Assembly (NCBI RefSeq): GCF_016127575.1
Contig: NZ_CP066018.1
Coordinates: forward strand, 3,900,001 to 3,932,000
DNA: 32,000 nt
Direction of reading: 5' to 3'
Source of the DNA: Cupriavidus necator
GTDB lineage: Bacteria; Pseudomonadota; Gammaproteobacteria; Burkholderiales; Burkholderiaceae
The notes under the pieces were generated by a model. The model was not told the origin of the DNA and made no database searches. It saw only the letters and a list, made by a program, of their open reading frames with translations. This document shows, piece after piece, positions 10,051-20,393 of the stretch; position 1 is the stretch's first letter; every line of letters starts with the position of its first letter. A program made the position numbers and the translations under genes.

Positions 10051-11360
10051 GGCCTGCCTCCTGCGATTTCCATCTGTACCTTGTCCCACGCGCTGCGCAC
10101 CCGCGCCGCCGCCAGCCGCCACGCGAACAGGCCAGCCGCCCACAGCGCGGCCGCCGCCAGCCATGGCGTCCAGGTTGCGGCATCGAAGCCGACGCCGAAC
10201 AGCGACATCGTGGTGCCGTTGGCGCTGTCGACCTGCACCTTGTAGACCAGCTCGACCGTCAGGATCATGGCCAGCAGCAGCACCACGGCGGCGCCGCCGG
10301 CACGCGCGTAGGACGGCAGCATGCGGCCCAGCTTGCCCTTGCCCAGCAGCGGCACCTGCATCAGCAGCAGGCTGGCCAGCCCGCCCGGCACGAACATCAC
10401 CATCAGCACGAAGAACAGGCCCAGGTACAGCAGCCAGGCCTTGGTCAGGTCCGACAGCGCCACCGCGAACAGCACGAACACCACCGCGCCGATGATGGGC
10501 CCGAAGAACACGCCCGCGCCACCGATGAACACCGCCAGCAGCACGCCGCCGGAGCGCACCGCGCTGACGTTCTCGGCCGAGACGATCTCGAAGTTGATGG
10601 CGCCCAGCGCCCCGGCGATACCGGCGAAGAATGCCGACAGGATCAGCACCAGGTAGCGCACGCGCTGGGTGTTGTAGCCGATGAACTCGACCCGCTCGGG
10701 GTTGTCGCGCACGGCGTTGGCGATGCGGCCCAGCGGCGTCTGCGTCCAGGCGTACATCGCCACCATCGACAGCAGGCACCACGCCGCGATCAGGTAGTAG
10801 ACCTGGCGCCCGGGCCCGAAGGTGATGCCCAGGAACGGATCGCCGACCACGCGGTTGGTGGAGATGCCACCCTCGCCGCCGAAGAACTCCGGAAACATCA
10901 GCGAGCTGGCGAACACCATCTCGCCGATGCCCATGGTGATCATGGCAAAGGTGGTGCCGGACTTCTTGGTGGTGACGTAGCCGAAGATCACGCCGAAGAA
11001 GGCGCCGGCCAGGCCGCCCACCAGCGGCAGCATCGACACCGGCAGCCAGACCTTGCCCGCCCCGACCATGTTCAGCACATGCACGGCGATAAACGCGCCC
11101 AGGCCGGAGTAGACCGCGTGGCCGAACGACAGCATGCCGGTCTGCCCGAGCAGCATGTTGTACGACAGCGCAAAAATGATCATGATGCCCATCTGCGACA
11201 TCAGCGTGATGGCGAAGCCCCCGGTGAAGATCAGCGGCAGCACCAGCATGACCAGCACGGTCAGGCTCCAGATGATCCAGCGCGCCAGGTTCAGCGGGCG
11301 GTAGCGCAGGGTGCGGCCGGTCACCACCGGCTCGCGGGGTTGTTGCATCGCTTGCTCCAT
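10047..11360 (-). CDS. livM: branched-chain-type ABC transporter permease, LivM type (437 aa)
   Basis: Polytopic membrane protein in the expected operon position. An alternative start lies 4 codons downstream (MQQPRE). Confidence 0.85.
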   Translation of the reverse strand: MEQAMQQPREPVVTGRTLRYRPLNLARWIIWSLTVLVMLVLPLIFTGGFAITLMSQMGIMIIFALSYNMLLGQTGMLSFGHAVYSGLGAFIAVHVLNMVGAGKVWLPVSMLPLVGGLAGAFFGVIFGYVTTKKSGTTFAMITMGIGEMVFASSLMFPEFFGGEGGISTNRVVGDPFLGITFGPGRQVYYLIAAWCLLSMVAMYAWTQTPLGRIANAVRDNPERVEFIGYNTQRVRYLVLILSAFFAGIAGALGAINFEIVSAENVSAVRSGGVLLAVFIGGAGVFFGPIIGAVVFVLFAVALSDLTKAWLLYLGLFFVLMVMFVPGGLASLLLMQVPLLGKGKLGRMLPSYARAGGAAVVLLLAMILTVELVYKVQVDSANGTTMSLFGVGFDAATWTPWLAAAALWAAGLFAWRLAAARVRSAWDKVQMEIAGGRP

Positions 11361-11364
11361 GGTG

Positions 11365-12312
11365 TCAGCTCTCCCGGGTTCCCATCAGTCCACGCGGGCG
11401 GAAGATCAGCATCACCACCAGCAGCAGGTACGGCAGCACCGGCGCCACCTGGGCGACCGTGAGCTTCCACAAGGAATAGAACGGCGTGGCCTCGCTGACC
11501 GCCAGCCCCAGGCTGGTCATCAGGCCCGCCAGCGAGGCGTCGATGGTGACCGCGAAGGTCTGCAGCACGCCGATCAGGATCGACGCAATGAAGGCGCCCA
11601 CCAGCGATCCCATGCCGCCCACCACCGCCACCACGAACACGATCGACCCGACCGCCGCGGCCATCGATGGCTCGGTGACAAAGGCATTGCCGCCGATCAC
11701 TCCCGCCAGCCCGGCCAGCGCGGCGCCGCCGCCAAACACCATCATGAACACGCGCGGCACGTTGTGGCCCAGCGCCTCGACCATTTCCGGGTGCGTCAGC
11801 GCGGCCTGGATCACCAGCCCGATGCGGGTACGCGTCAGCACCAGGTAGATCGCCACCAGCATGCCCAGCGACACCAGCATCATGAAGGCGCGGTACTTGG
11901 GGAAGGACGAGGTGAACACCGTGAACAGCGGCCCGTCCAGCTCCGCGGGGATCCGGTACGGCACCGCCGCCAGGCCCCACACCAGCTTGACGCCCTCTTC
12001 CATCAGGTAGGCCAGGCCGAAGGTGAACAGCAGCTCGGCCACGTGGCCGTACTTGTGCACCGTGCGCAGGCCGAAGCGCTCCACCAGCGCGCCCGCGCCG
12101 GCCACCAGCAGCGGCGCGAAGATCAGCGCCGGCCAGAACCCGACCTTGCTGGCGATGGTGTAGGCGAAGTAGGCGCCCAGCATGTAGAAGCTGGCATGGG
12201 CAAAGTTGAGCACGCCCATCATGCTGAAGATCAGCGTAAGGCCCGATGACAGCATGAACAGCAGCAGCCCGTAGCTGATGCCGTTCAGCAGTGAGATGAC
12301 GAAGAATTCCAC
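11365..12312 (-). CDS. livH: branched-chain-type ABC transporter permease, LivH type (315 aa)
   Basis: GTG start at 12312 with GAAGGA 7 nt upstream. The sequence MEFFVISLLNGISYGLLLFMLSSGLTLIFSMMGVLNFAHASFYMLGAY is typical of LivH. Confidence 0.9.
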   Translation of the reverse strand: MEFFVISLLNGISYGLLLFMLSSGLTLIFSMMGVLNFAHASFYMLGAYFAYTIASKVGFWPALIFAPLLVAGAGALVERFGLRTVHKYGHVAELLFTFGLAYLMEEGVKLVWGLAAVPYRIPAELDGPLFTVFTSSFPKYRAFMMLVSLGMLVAIYLVLTRTRIGLVIQAALTHPEMVEALGHNVPRVFMMVFGGGAALAGLAGVIGGNAFVTEPSMAAAVGSIVFVVAVVGGMGSLVGAFIASILIGVLQTFAVTIDASLAGLMTSLGLAVSEATPFYSLWKLTVAQVAPVLPYLLLVVMLIFRPRGLMGTRES

Positions 12313-12379
12313 AGCGTGTCCTTCAAGCTGGCGCCGCCATGCGTGGGCATGCCGGCGTCCGTCCGGTTGGATTGAGGGT

Positions 12380-12420
12380 GAGCGTCCCCCTCCGGGGGCG
12401 GTTACCCGCCCCGGACGCTC
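12380..12420 (-). other. long imperfect GC-rich hairpin in the SBP-permease intercistronic spacer
   Basis: Outer arms GAGCGTCC (12380-12387) and GGACGCTC (12413-12420). Inner arms CCGGGGGCGG and CCCGCCCCGG with one bulge, loop TTAC. Confidence 0.55.
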
Positions 12421-12459
12421 CCCGGTATCGACCGAAAAAGACTGAAAGTATGCAGGATC

Positions 12460-12489
12460 GGGCGGCCACTTTGTCAGCGTGGCCGGCCC
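12460..12489 (-). other. second hairpin immediately downstream of the SBP stop codon
   Basis: GGGCGGCCAC (12460-12469) pairs with GTGGCCGGCCC (12479-12489) with one bulged base and a 9-nt loop. A CTTTTT run follows about 20 nt downstream on the minus strand. Confidence 0.45.
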
Positions 12490-12502
12490 GTCACGGACAG
12501 GA

Positions 12503-13753
12503 TCAGCCGGGCCGCTTCATCTGGCAGGAGGTCGGCTGGGCCGACACGTACTGGTCCATCAGCGCGTTGGTCTTCCAGCCGTAGCCGGTGTTTTCCTGGT
12601 CGTACTTGATTTCCTTGCCATCCACCTTGGTCCAGGTGGCGACCACCAGCGGCTGCTGCGCCTGGTGGTCCGAGTTGCGCATCTCGACCGTGCCGTTCAT
12701 GCTGTCGACCTTGATGCCCTCGAGCGCCTTGGCAACCTTGATCGGATCGGTCGAGCCGGTGTCCTTGAAGGCCTTGGACAGCATGGCAATGCCGGTGTAG
12801 GAGGCCATCACGTAGAAGTCGTCGTTGTACTTCTTCTTGAAGCCCTCGATGACATCAGCCCCCTTGAACCCCTTGTTGTTGGGGTTGTAGTAGCCGACAT
12901 ACTTGACGTGCTCGGCACCGGTGGCGCCCATCGCCGTGGGCACGCCGGTGGTGCCGGCGTAGTAGGTGTAGTAGTTGGTGGTCAGGCCGGCATCCTTGCC
13001 CGCCTTGATCAGCAGCGCCAGGTCGCTGCCCCAGTTGCCGGTGATCACGGTATCGGCGCCGGAGGCCTTGATCTTGGCCGCGTACGGGGCAAAGTCCTTG
13101 ACCTGGGCCAGCGGGTGCAGGTCTTCACCGACGATCTGGATGTCCGGGCGCTTGCGCTTCAGGTAGTCCTTGGCGGCGCGCGCCACCTGGTGGCCGAACG
13201 AGTAGTTCTGGTTGATCAGGTAGACCTTCTTGACGTTCGGGTCCTTGGCCAGGAAGGTGGTCAGCGCCTCCATCTTCATGTCCGAGTTGGCGTCGAGCCG
13301 GAAATGCCAGAAGTTGCATTTGGAATTGGTCATGTCCGGGTCCACCGCGGCGTAGTTCAGGTAGACGATTTCCTTGCCCGGATTGCGCTCGTTGTGCTTG
13401 GCCACCGCGTCCTGCAGCGCCAGCCCGACCGACGAGCCGTTGCCCTGCACGATATAGCGGATGCCCTGGTCGACCGCCTGCTTGAGGATGGTCAGGCTTT
13501 CCTGCGGCGACAGCTTGTTGTCGAAACCCACCACCTCGAACTTGTGCGCGCCGGCCCAGTTCTTCTGGTTGGCGATGTCGGCGACATACTGCCAGCTCTT
13601 GAGCTGGTTCTGCCCAACGGGAGCCATCAGCCCCGATAGCGGGTCAATGAAGGCAATCTTCACCGTATCCGCGAGTGCGGTACCTGAAACCAGCGCAGAA
13701 CCCAGTGCGGCAAACACGGCCACACCGGCCACCAGCGGACGCATTTTGGTCAT
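12503..13753 (-). CDS. periplasmic substrate-binding protein of the Liv-type ABC transporter (416 aa)
   Basis: Start re-chosen at MTKMRPLVAG, with AAGGAG 7 nt upstream. Sec signal peptide ends ...GTALA/DTVKIAFIDPLSG. Leu/Ile/Val-binding-protein-like family; ligand unknown. Confidence 0.9.
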   Translation of the reverse strand: MTKMRPLVAGVAVFAALGSALVSGTALADTVKIAFIDPLSGLMAPVGQNQLKSWQYVADIANQKNWAGAHKFEVVGFDNKLSPQESLTILKQAVDQGIRYIVQGNGSSVGLALQDAVAKHNERNPGKEIVYLNYAAVDPDMTNSKCNFWHFRLDANSDMKMEALTTFLAKDPNVKKVYLINQNYSFGHQVARAAKDYLKRKRPDIQIVGEDLHPLAQVKDFAPYAAKIKASGADTVITGNWGSDLALLIKAGKDAGLTTNYYTYYAGTTGVPTAMGATGAEHVKYVGYYNPNNKGFKGADVIEGFKKKYNDDFYVMASYTGIAMLSKAFKDTGSTDPIKVAKALEGIKVDSMNGTVEMRNSDHQAQQPLVVATWTKVDGKEIKYDQENTGYGWKTNALMDQYVSAQPTSCQMKRPG

Positions 13754-13845
13754 ACCTGTCTCCTTCACTCTTGTCGTTGGCTTGTCGTCGAATTTGGCTG
13801 GCTGCGCGGCGTCCTCCATGCCACGCCTTGCAGCCGCCCCGAACA

Positions 13846-13870
13846 CGCCATGCCGCAAGCAGGCATGGCG
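13846..13870 (-). other. intercistronic 9-bp hairpin between the acyl-CoA synthetase and SBP genes
   Basis: CGCCATGCC-GCAAGCA-GGCATGGCG. There is no clear T-run, so it is probably an mRNA stability or processing element rather than a terminator. Confidence 0.45.
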
Positions 13871-13892
13871 CACCGGAAAGCGCGTGCCGGCG

Positions 13893-15518
13893 TCAGGCAG
13901 TCGGCAGCTTGTAGTCCTTGAACTGCTCGCGCAGCTTGAGCTTCTGCATCTTGCCGGTGGCGGTCAGCGGGATCTCGGTGACAAAGGCCACGTCGTCCGG
14001 GATCCACCACTTGGCGACCTTGCCATCGAAGAACTGCAGCAGTTCTTCGCGGGTGACTTCGGCGCCGGGCTTCTTCACCACCACCAGCAGCGGGCGTTCA
14101 TCCCACTTGGGGTGGTAGGCCGAGATGCAGGCCGCCATATGCACCGCGGGGTGCGCGGCGGCGACGTTCTCGATATCGATCGACGAGATCCATTCGCCGC
14201 CGGACTTGATCACATCCTTGCTGCGGTCGGTGATCTGCATGAAGCCATCGGCGTCGATGGTGGCCACGTCGCCGGTCGGGAACCAGCCGTCGGCCAGGGG
14301 GCTGATGCCATTGCGGTAATACTGCTCGATGACCCATGGGCCGCGCACCATCAGGTCGCCGAAGGCCTTGCCGTCCCACGGCAGCTCCTTGCCTTCGCCG
14401 TCGACAATCTTCATGTCCACACCGAAGATCACGCGGCCCTGCTTTTCCTGGATTTTGTGGCGATCCGCGTCAGAGAGAGCTTCGTGCCTGGCTAGCAGCT
14501 TGCACGCCGTGCCAAGTGGTGACATCTCGGTCATGCCCCAGGCATGGATCACTTCGACGTTCAGCGCCTCGAACGCACGGGTCATCGCGGGCGGCACAGC
14601 CGAGCCGCCGATCACGGTGCGACGGAAGCTGGAGAATTTCAGCTTGTTCGACTGCACGTGCTGGAGCAGGCCGAGCCACACCGTCGGCACGCCGGCGGAG
14701 AAGGTCACCTTCTCCTGCTCGAACAGTTCATAGATCGACGCCCCGTCCAGCTTGGCACCGGGCAGCACCAGCTTGGCGCCGACCAGCGGCACCGAGTACG
14801 GCAGGCCCCAGGCATTGACGTGGAACATCGGCACCACGGGCAGGATCACGTCGCTGGCGGAGCAGCCCAGCGCGTCGGGCAGTGCCGACGCGTACGAGTG
14901 CAGCACCGTCGAGCGGTGCGAGTACAGCGCGCCCTTGGGGTTGCCGGTGGTGCCCGAGGTGTAGCACAGGCTCGACGCCAGATTCTCGTCGAACTGCGGC
15001 CATTCGTAGTCGCCGTCCTGCGCGTCGACCAGCTCCTCGTAGCACAGCAGCGGCACCTTGGATTCGGCCGGCATATGCGCGCGGTCGGTCATCGCCACCC
15101 AGCCCCTGACGTTGGGGCAATGCGGCGCCACGCCTTCCACCAGCGGCAGGAAGGTCAGGTCGAAGAAGACATAGCCGTCCTCCGCATGGTTGACGATATA
15201 GGCAATCTGCTCGGGAAACAGGCGCGGGTTGATGGTATGGCAGACGGCGCCCATGCCGGACACGCCGTAGTAGATCTCGAGGTGGCGGTAGCCGTTCCAG
15301 GCCAGCGTGCCGACGCGCTCGCCCTGCTTCACGCCCAGTGCGCCGAGCGCCTGCGCCAGCTTGCGGGCGCGCAGTTCGCAATCGCGGTACGTGTAGCGAT
15401 GCAGGTCGCCCTCCGTGCGCCGCGAGACGATCTCGGTGCTGCCGTAATAACGCGCGGCGTGTTTGATGATGGAGGAAATGAGCAGCGGCGCGCTCATCAT
15501 TTGACCCATCAATGCCAT
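13893..15518 (-). CDS. AMP-dependent fatty-acid/organic-acid CoA ligase (541 aa)
   Basis: Start re-chosen at [13 protein letters not shown], with AGGAGG 8 nt upstream. AMP-binding signature [11 protein letters not shown], plus GWFPTGDVA and KSGGEWISS motifs. Confidence 0.9.
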   Translation of the reverse strand: MALMGQMMSAPLLISSIIKHAARYYGSTEIVSRRTEGDLHRYTYRDCELRARKLAQALGALGVKQGERVGTLAWNGYRHLEIYYGVSGMGAVCHTINPRLFPEQIAYIVNHAEDGYVFFDLTFLPLVEGVAPHCPNVRGWVAMTDRAHMPAESKVPLLCYEELVDAQDGDYEWPQFDENLASSLCYTSGTTGNPKGALYSHRSTVLHSYASALPDALGCSASDVILPVVPMFHVNAWGLPYSVPLVGAKLVLPGAKLDGASIYELFEQEKVTFSAGVPTVWLGLLQHVQSNKLKFSSFRRTVIGGSAVPPAMTRAFEALNVEVIHAWGMTEMSPLGTACKLLARHEALSDADRHKIQEKQGRVIFGVDMKIVDGEGKELPWDGKAFGDLMVRGPWVIEQYYRNGISPLADGWFPTGDVATIDADGFMQITDRSKDVIKSGGEWISSIDIENVAAAHPAVHMAACISAYHPKWDERPLLVVVKKPGAEVTREELLQFFDGKVAKWWIPDDVAFVTEIPLTATGKMQKLKLREQFKDYKLPTA

Positions 15519-15554
15519 GAACCTGCCTCCTGAAAGTCTTGTGTGATTCGCCTG

Positions 15555-15590
15555 AAAACGAACAACCGTACTATTTTTTGTCGGTCGTTT
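15555..15590. promoter_or_regulatory. imperfect inverted repeat AAAACGAACAACCG-N13(AT-rich)-CGGTCGTTT, candidate operator
   Basis: Read from the sequence, 40-70 nt upstream of the acyl-CoA synthetase start. The right arm CGGTCGTT also occurs at 6714-6721 in the fadB promoter region. Confidence 0.35.
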
Positions 15591-15976
15591 CCATGCACCA
15601 AATCGGCGTCCGGCCGATCTCGTTGTGCACTGCCGTACTGTTGTTGTGTATTGCCGTCGGGGTTGCCGCCGGCATTGCCATCGAATTCGGGGCCGCAATT
15701 CTGCGAAAAGCCCATGCACCGGATTCATGTGCGCACTGAAGGAGGAAAATAACCGTGCGGTGCATGGCGGCATTAACTCGGTCGAGCGGTCGAGTGCCGT
15801 TGAGGACGTACAATACTGCGTGGCATGTTGCACCTCAACATGTCGTTTTCCCTAGCCACCACCGCATTTTCGTGCCCCCGGCATGCCGCGCCGCACCGCC
15901 TTTTACGCGGTTCGCCGCACATGGACGAGCGCACGGAATTCGCACCGCCCCTTGCGCCCCGAGGCGCCCCTACGCG

Positions 15977-17548
<1,572 letters not shown>

Positions 17549-17664
17549 CGTCATGTGATCCGTGCCCTGCACGCCGGCGCCTGCCGGTGTAAGGTTCGCG
17601 CAGTTCGCACGACCAATGCCTTAACTGAGGAACCCATCCGAGGAAGCCCTGCGAGGACAAGACC

Positions 17665-18129
17665 ATGACCACCACCAAGACCGACGCCGAGTGGCGTGAA
17701 CAACTCTCCGACATCGAATACCGCGTGACCCGCGAGGCCGCCACCGAGCGCCCGTTCACCGGCCGCTACTGGGACCACTGGGACAACGGCATCTACCACT
17801 GCGTGGGCTGCGGCACGCCGCTGTTCGAATCCGCCACCAAGTTCGATGCCGGCTGCGGCTGGCCCAGCTATTTCCGCGCCATCAACGGCGAGGTGATTGC
17901 CGAGCACGTCGACCACAGCCACGGCATGACGCGGGTGGAGGTACGCTGCAAGGAATGCGGCAGCCATCTCGGCCATGTCTTCGAGGATGGCCCCGCCCCG
18001 ACCGGCCTGCGCTATTGCATCAACTCGGCTGCGCTAAAATTCGATGATCGCGACCCGGCACAGCGTGCGGCGGATGATGCCCACGCCGCCGGCAGCGACG
18101 ACAACCCCCGGCGCGACCCGCAGCGCTGA
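17665..18129 (+). CDS. msrB: peptide-methionine (R)-S-oxide reductase
   Basis: SelR domain with two CxxC zinc motifs ([25 protein letters not shown]) and the catalytic RYCINS. GAGGA RBS lies 9 nt upstream. Confidence 0.95.
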   Translation: MTTTKTDAEWREQLSDIEYRVTREAATERPFTGRYWDHWDNGIYHCVGCGTPLFESATKFDAGCGWPSYFRAINGEVIAEHVDHSHGMTRVEVRCKECGSHLGHVFEDGPAPTGLRYCINSAALKFDDRDPAQRAADDAHAAGSDDNPRRDPQR

Positions 18130-18167
18130 ATGCTCCGGCAAGCACGCCGGACACAACCTGGTACCGC

Positions 18168-18707
18168 ATGAAATTCCTGTTCGACCTGTTCCCGGTCATC
18201 CTGTTTTTTGCCGCCTTCAAGCTGGCTGATATCTACACCGCCACCGCCGTGGCCATTGGCGCCACCGTGCTGCAGATCGGCTGGGTCTGGTTCCGCCACC
18301 GCAAGGTCGAGCCGATGCAGTGGGTCAGCCTGCTGATCATCGCGGTGTTCGGCGGTGCCACGCTGGTGCTGCACAACGAGACCTTCATCAAGTGGAAGCC
18401 GACCGTGCTCTACTGGATGTTCGCGGTGGGGCTGCTGGGCTCGGTGATCGGCTGGCGCAAGAACCTGATCCGCGCCATGATGGAAAAACAGGTGACCCTG
18501 CCCGACCCGGTGTGGGCGCGCCTGAACGCCGCCTGGGCCGGCTTCTTTGCCGCCATGGGCGTGCTGAACCTGTACGTGGCCTACCAGTTCTCGACCGAGG
18601 CCTGGGTCAACTTCAAGTTGTTCGGCAGCATGGGGCTGATGCTGGTGTTCATCGTCGCCCAGAGTGTCTGGCTGTCGCGCCACATGCCCGAGAACAGCCA
18701 GGACTGA
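18168..18707 (+). CDS. yciB: inner-membrane septation protein A (YciB/IspZ)
   Basis: 179-aa membrane protein. [18 protein letters not shown] is the characteristic YciB N-terminus. Confidence 0.9.
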   Translation: MKFLFDLFPVILFFAAFKLADIYTATAVAIGATVLQIGWVWFRHRKVEPMQWVSLLIIAVFGGATLVLHNETFIKWKPTVLYWMFAVGLLGSVIGWRKNLIRAMMEKQVTLPDPVWARLNAAWAGFFAAMGVLNLYVAYQFSTEAWVNFKLFGSMGLMLVFIVAQSVWLSRHMPENSQD

Positions 18708-18747
18708 CGGCCCCGCCCCCGCCCCCCCGAATCGAAGGAAACCATTG

Positions 18748-19062
18748 ATGGCAGCCGATCCCGCCACTATCGAGGCGATGCTGCGCGAAGCGCTCGCCCC
18801 CAGCCACCTGGCCGTGCGCGACGACAGCGCGCTGCACGCCGGACATGCCGGCGCCGCATCCGGCGGCGGACATTACGACGTGACAATCGTCAGCGAGCGC
18901 TTTACGGGTCACAGCCGGGTTGCGCGACACCGCATGGTGTATGATGCGCTGCGCGGTCTGTTCCCCGCGCAGATCCACGCACTTGCCGTGACTGCGTTCA
19001 CCGACCAAGAGTACCAATCCCGCGCATCATCACGCGATTCTTCCAGCAACTCTCAGACCTGA
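18748..19062 (+). CDS. BolA-family protein (104 aa)
   Basis: Start re-chosen at MAADPATIEAML (AAGGAA upstream). BolA signature FTGHSRVARHRMVYDAL...HALA. Confidence 0.85.
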   Translation: MAADPATIEAMLREALAPSHLAVRDDSALHAGHAGAASGGGHYDVTIVSERFTGHSRVARHRMVYDALRGLFPAQIHALAVTAFTDQEYQSRASSRDSSSNSQT

Positions 19063-19066
19063 TTCC

Positions 19067-19861
19067 ATGAAGACCACCGTCCTCTCGTTCAGCCTGGCGG
19101 CTGTGCTTGCTGCCGGCAGCCTGCCGGCCATCGCCCAGAATGCCGCCGTCGTGAATGGCAAGGCCATTTCATCGGCAAAGCTGGACAAGTTGATCGCCGG
19201 CACCGGCCAGCCCGACAACCCGGAGCTGCGCTCGCGCGCGCGCAACATGCTGATCGACCGCGAACTGCTCGTGCAGGAAGCCAACAAGCGCGGCCTGACC
19301 CAGCGCGACGACGTGCAGGAACAACTGGAACAGGCCCGCCTGAACGTGCTGGCCGGCGCAGTGTTCGAAGACTACGTTAAGACCCACGGCGCCAGCGACG
19401 CCGAGCTGCGCAAGCAGTACGACAAGATCAAGTCGCAGTTCGGCAACGGCAAGGAATACCACGCCCGCCATATCCTGGTGGAAAAGGAAGCCGACGCCAA
19501 GGCGATCATCGCCAAGATCAAGGGCGGCGCCAAGTTCGAGGACATGGCCAAGGCCTCGTCCAAGGACCCGGGCTCGGCCGCCAACGGCGGCGACCTGGAC
19601 TGGGCCAACAGCAGCAGCTACGTCCCTGAGTTCTCGGCTGCCATGACCGGCCTGAAAAAGGGCCAGCTGACCGATACCCCGGTCAAGACCCAGTTCGGCT
19701 GGCATATCATCGAACTGGTCGACGTGCGCGACGCCAAGATCCCGTCGTTCGAAGAGGTCAAACCGCAGCTCACGCAGATGCTGATGGGGGACCAGAACTG
19801 GCAGCGCGAGCAGTTCCAGGCCATGATGAAGTCACTCAAGGACAAGGCCAAGATCCAGTAA
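19067..19861 (+). CDS. periplasmic parvulin-type peptidyl-prolyl isomerase (264 aa)
   Basis: Signal peptide ends ...LPAIA/QNAAV. Rotamase domain motifs YHARHILV, GGDLDW and FGWHIIEL. Only 4 nt separate it from the bolA-family stop. Confidence 0.9.
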   Translation: MKTTVLSFSLAAVLAAGSLPAIAQNAAVVNGKAISSAKLDKLIAGTGQPDNPELRSRARNMLIDRELLVQEANKRGLTQRDDVQEQLEQARLNVLAGAVFEDYVKTHGASDAELRKQYDKIKSQFGNGKEYHARHILVEKEADAKAIIAKIKGGAKFEDMAKASSKDPGSAANGGDLDWANSSSYVPEFSAAMTGLKKGQLTDTPVKTQFGWHIIELVDVRDAKIPSFEEVKPQLTQMLMGDQNWQREQFQAMMKSLKDKAKIQ

Positions 19862-19903
19862 GGCACGGTCCGGTCGCCCCCGCCGGTCCTGCAAGATTCA
19901 AGG

Positions 19904-20203
19904 ATGCAGCGCGTGGAGTCGACTGGCCGCTACTGGCAACTCTGGCATCTCTCGTCCCGGGGCATGTGCTATTGCGCACTGGCCTGGGCGACCCTGGACG
20001 GCGCCGCCCCCGGCTGGCGCCAGCTCCACCCCTATCTCCCGTTGCGTGACCGTTACGCGCCCGAGAAGATCCTGCACGCCGTGGTGGCTTACAAGGAGGC
20101 TCGCGGCGAGATCAGGGCGCCCCCTGGTTTTGAAGCCGGGCGGATGCTGACTTATGCCTATGCGTCGTGGAGTTCACGCCTGCTCCCTCCGCTTGCCGGC
20201 TGA
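19904..20203 (+). CDS. orphan hypothetical protein (99 aa)
   Basis: The ORF has GC3-rich codons over roughly its first two thirds. The RBS is poor (AAGG abuts the ATG; the GTG 3 codons in is better spaced). I recognise no family. Confidence 0.3.
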   Translation: MQRVESTGRYWQLWHLSSRGMCYCALAWATLDGAAPGWRQLHPYLPLRDRYAPEKILHAVVAYKEARGEIRAPPGFEAGRMLTYAYASWSSRLLPPLAG

Positions 20204-20212
20204 AACCTGCCT

Positions 20213-20393
20213 TCACCGGCGCAGGTCGTAGCGCCACCCGGTTTCGTCGAGCTGCCTGATACTGTCGGCAACCAGTCCGACCAGCGCGTCCAGCATCTTG
20301 CTGCCCTTTTCCCGATGGCGCTGTCTATGCCGCCAGCGGCAAACTGGCCTCCAGTTCGGCCGTGGAAACCTCGTTCAGCAAGACTTTCTTCAT
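20213..20393 (-). pseudogene. creatininase (creatinine amidohydrolase)-family gene remnant
   Basis: One frame gives MKKVLLNEVSTAELEASLPLAA* (20393-20325). The +1 frame gives ...REKGSKMLDALVGLVADSIRQLDETGWRYDLRR* (to 20213). These resemble the N-terminus and the C-terminal REKGELILE..IADAIRE region of Pseudomonas creatininase as remembered. About 200 central codons are missing. Confidence 0.5.

Noticed and set aside
15821-15832. sigma54-like TGGCATGTTGCA
   Set aside because: The GG and GC elements are separated by far fewer bases than the canonical TGGCAC-N5-TTGC spacing.
13893-15833. N-terminally extended ORF-track versions (13893-15833, 12503-13873, 2082-3344, 21273-25370, 26282-27730, 27748-28818, 18664-19062)
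   Set aside because: The extensions lack an RBS, read through upstream genes or intergenic DNA, and precede internal starts that have strong Shine-Dalgarno sites, signal peptides or homologous N-termini.
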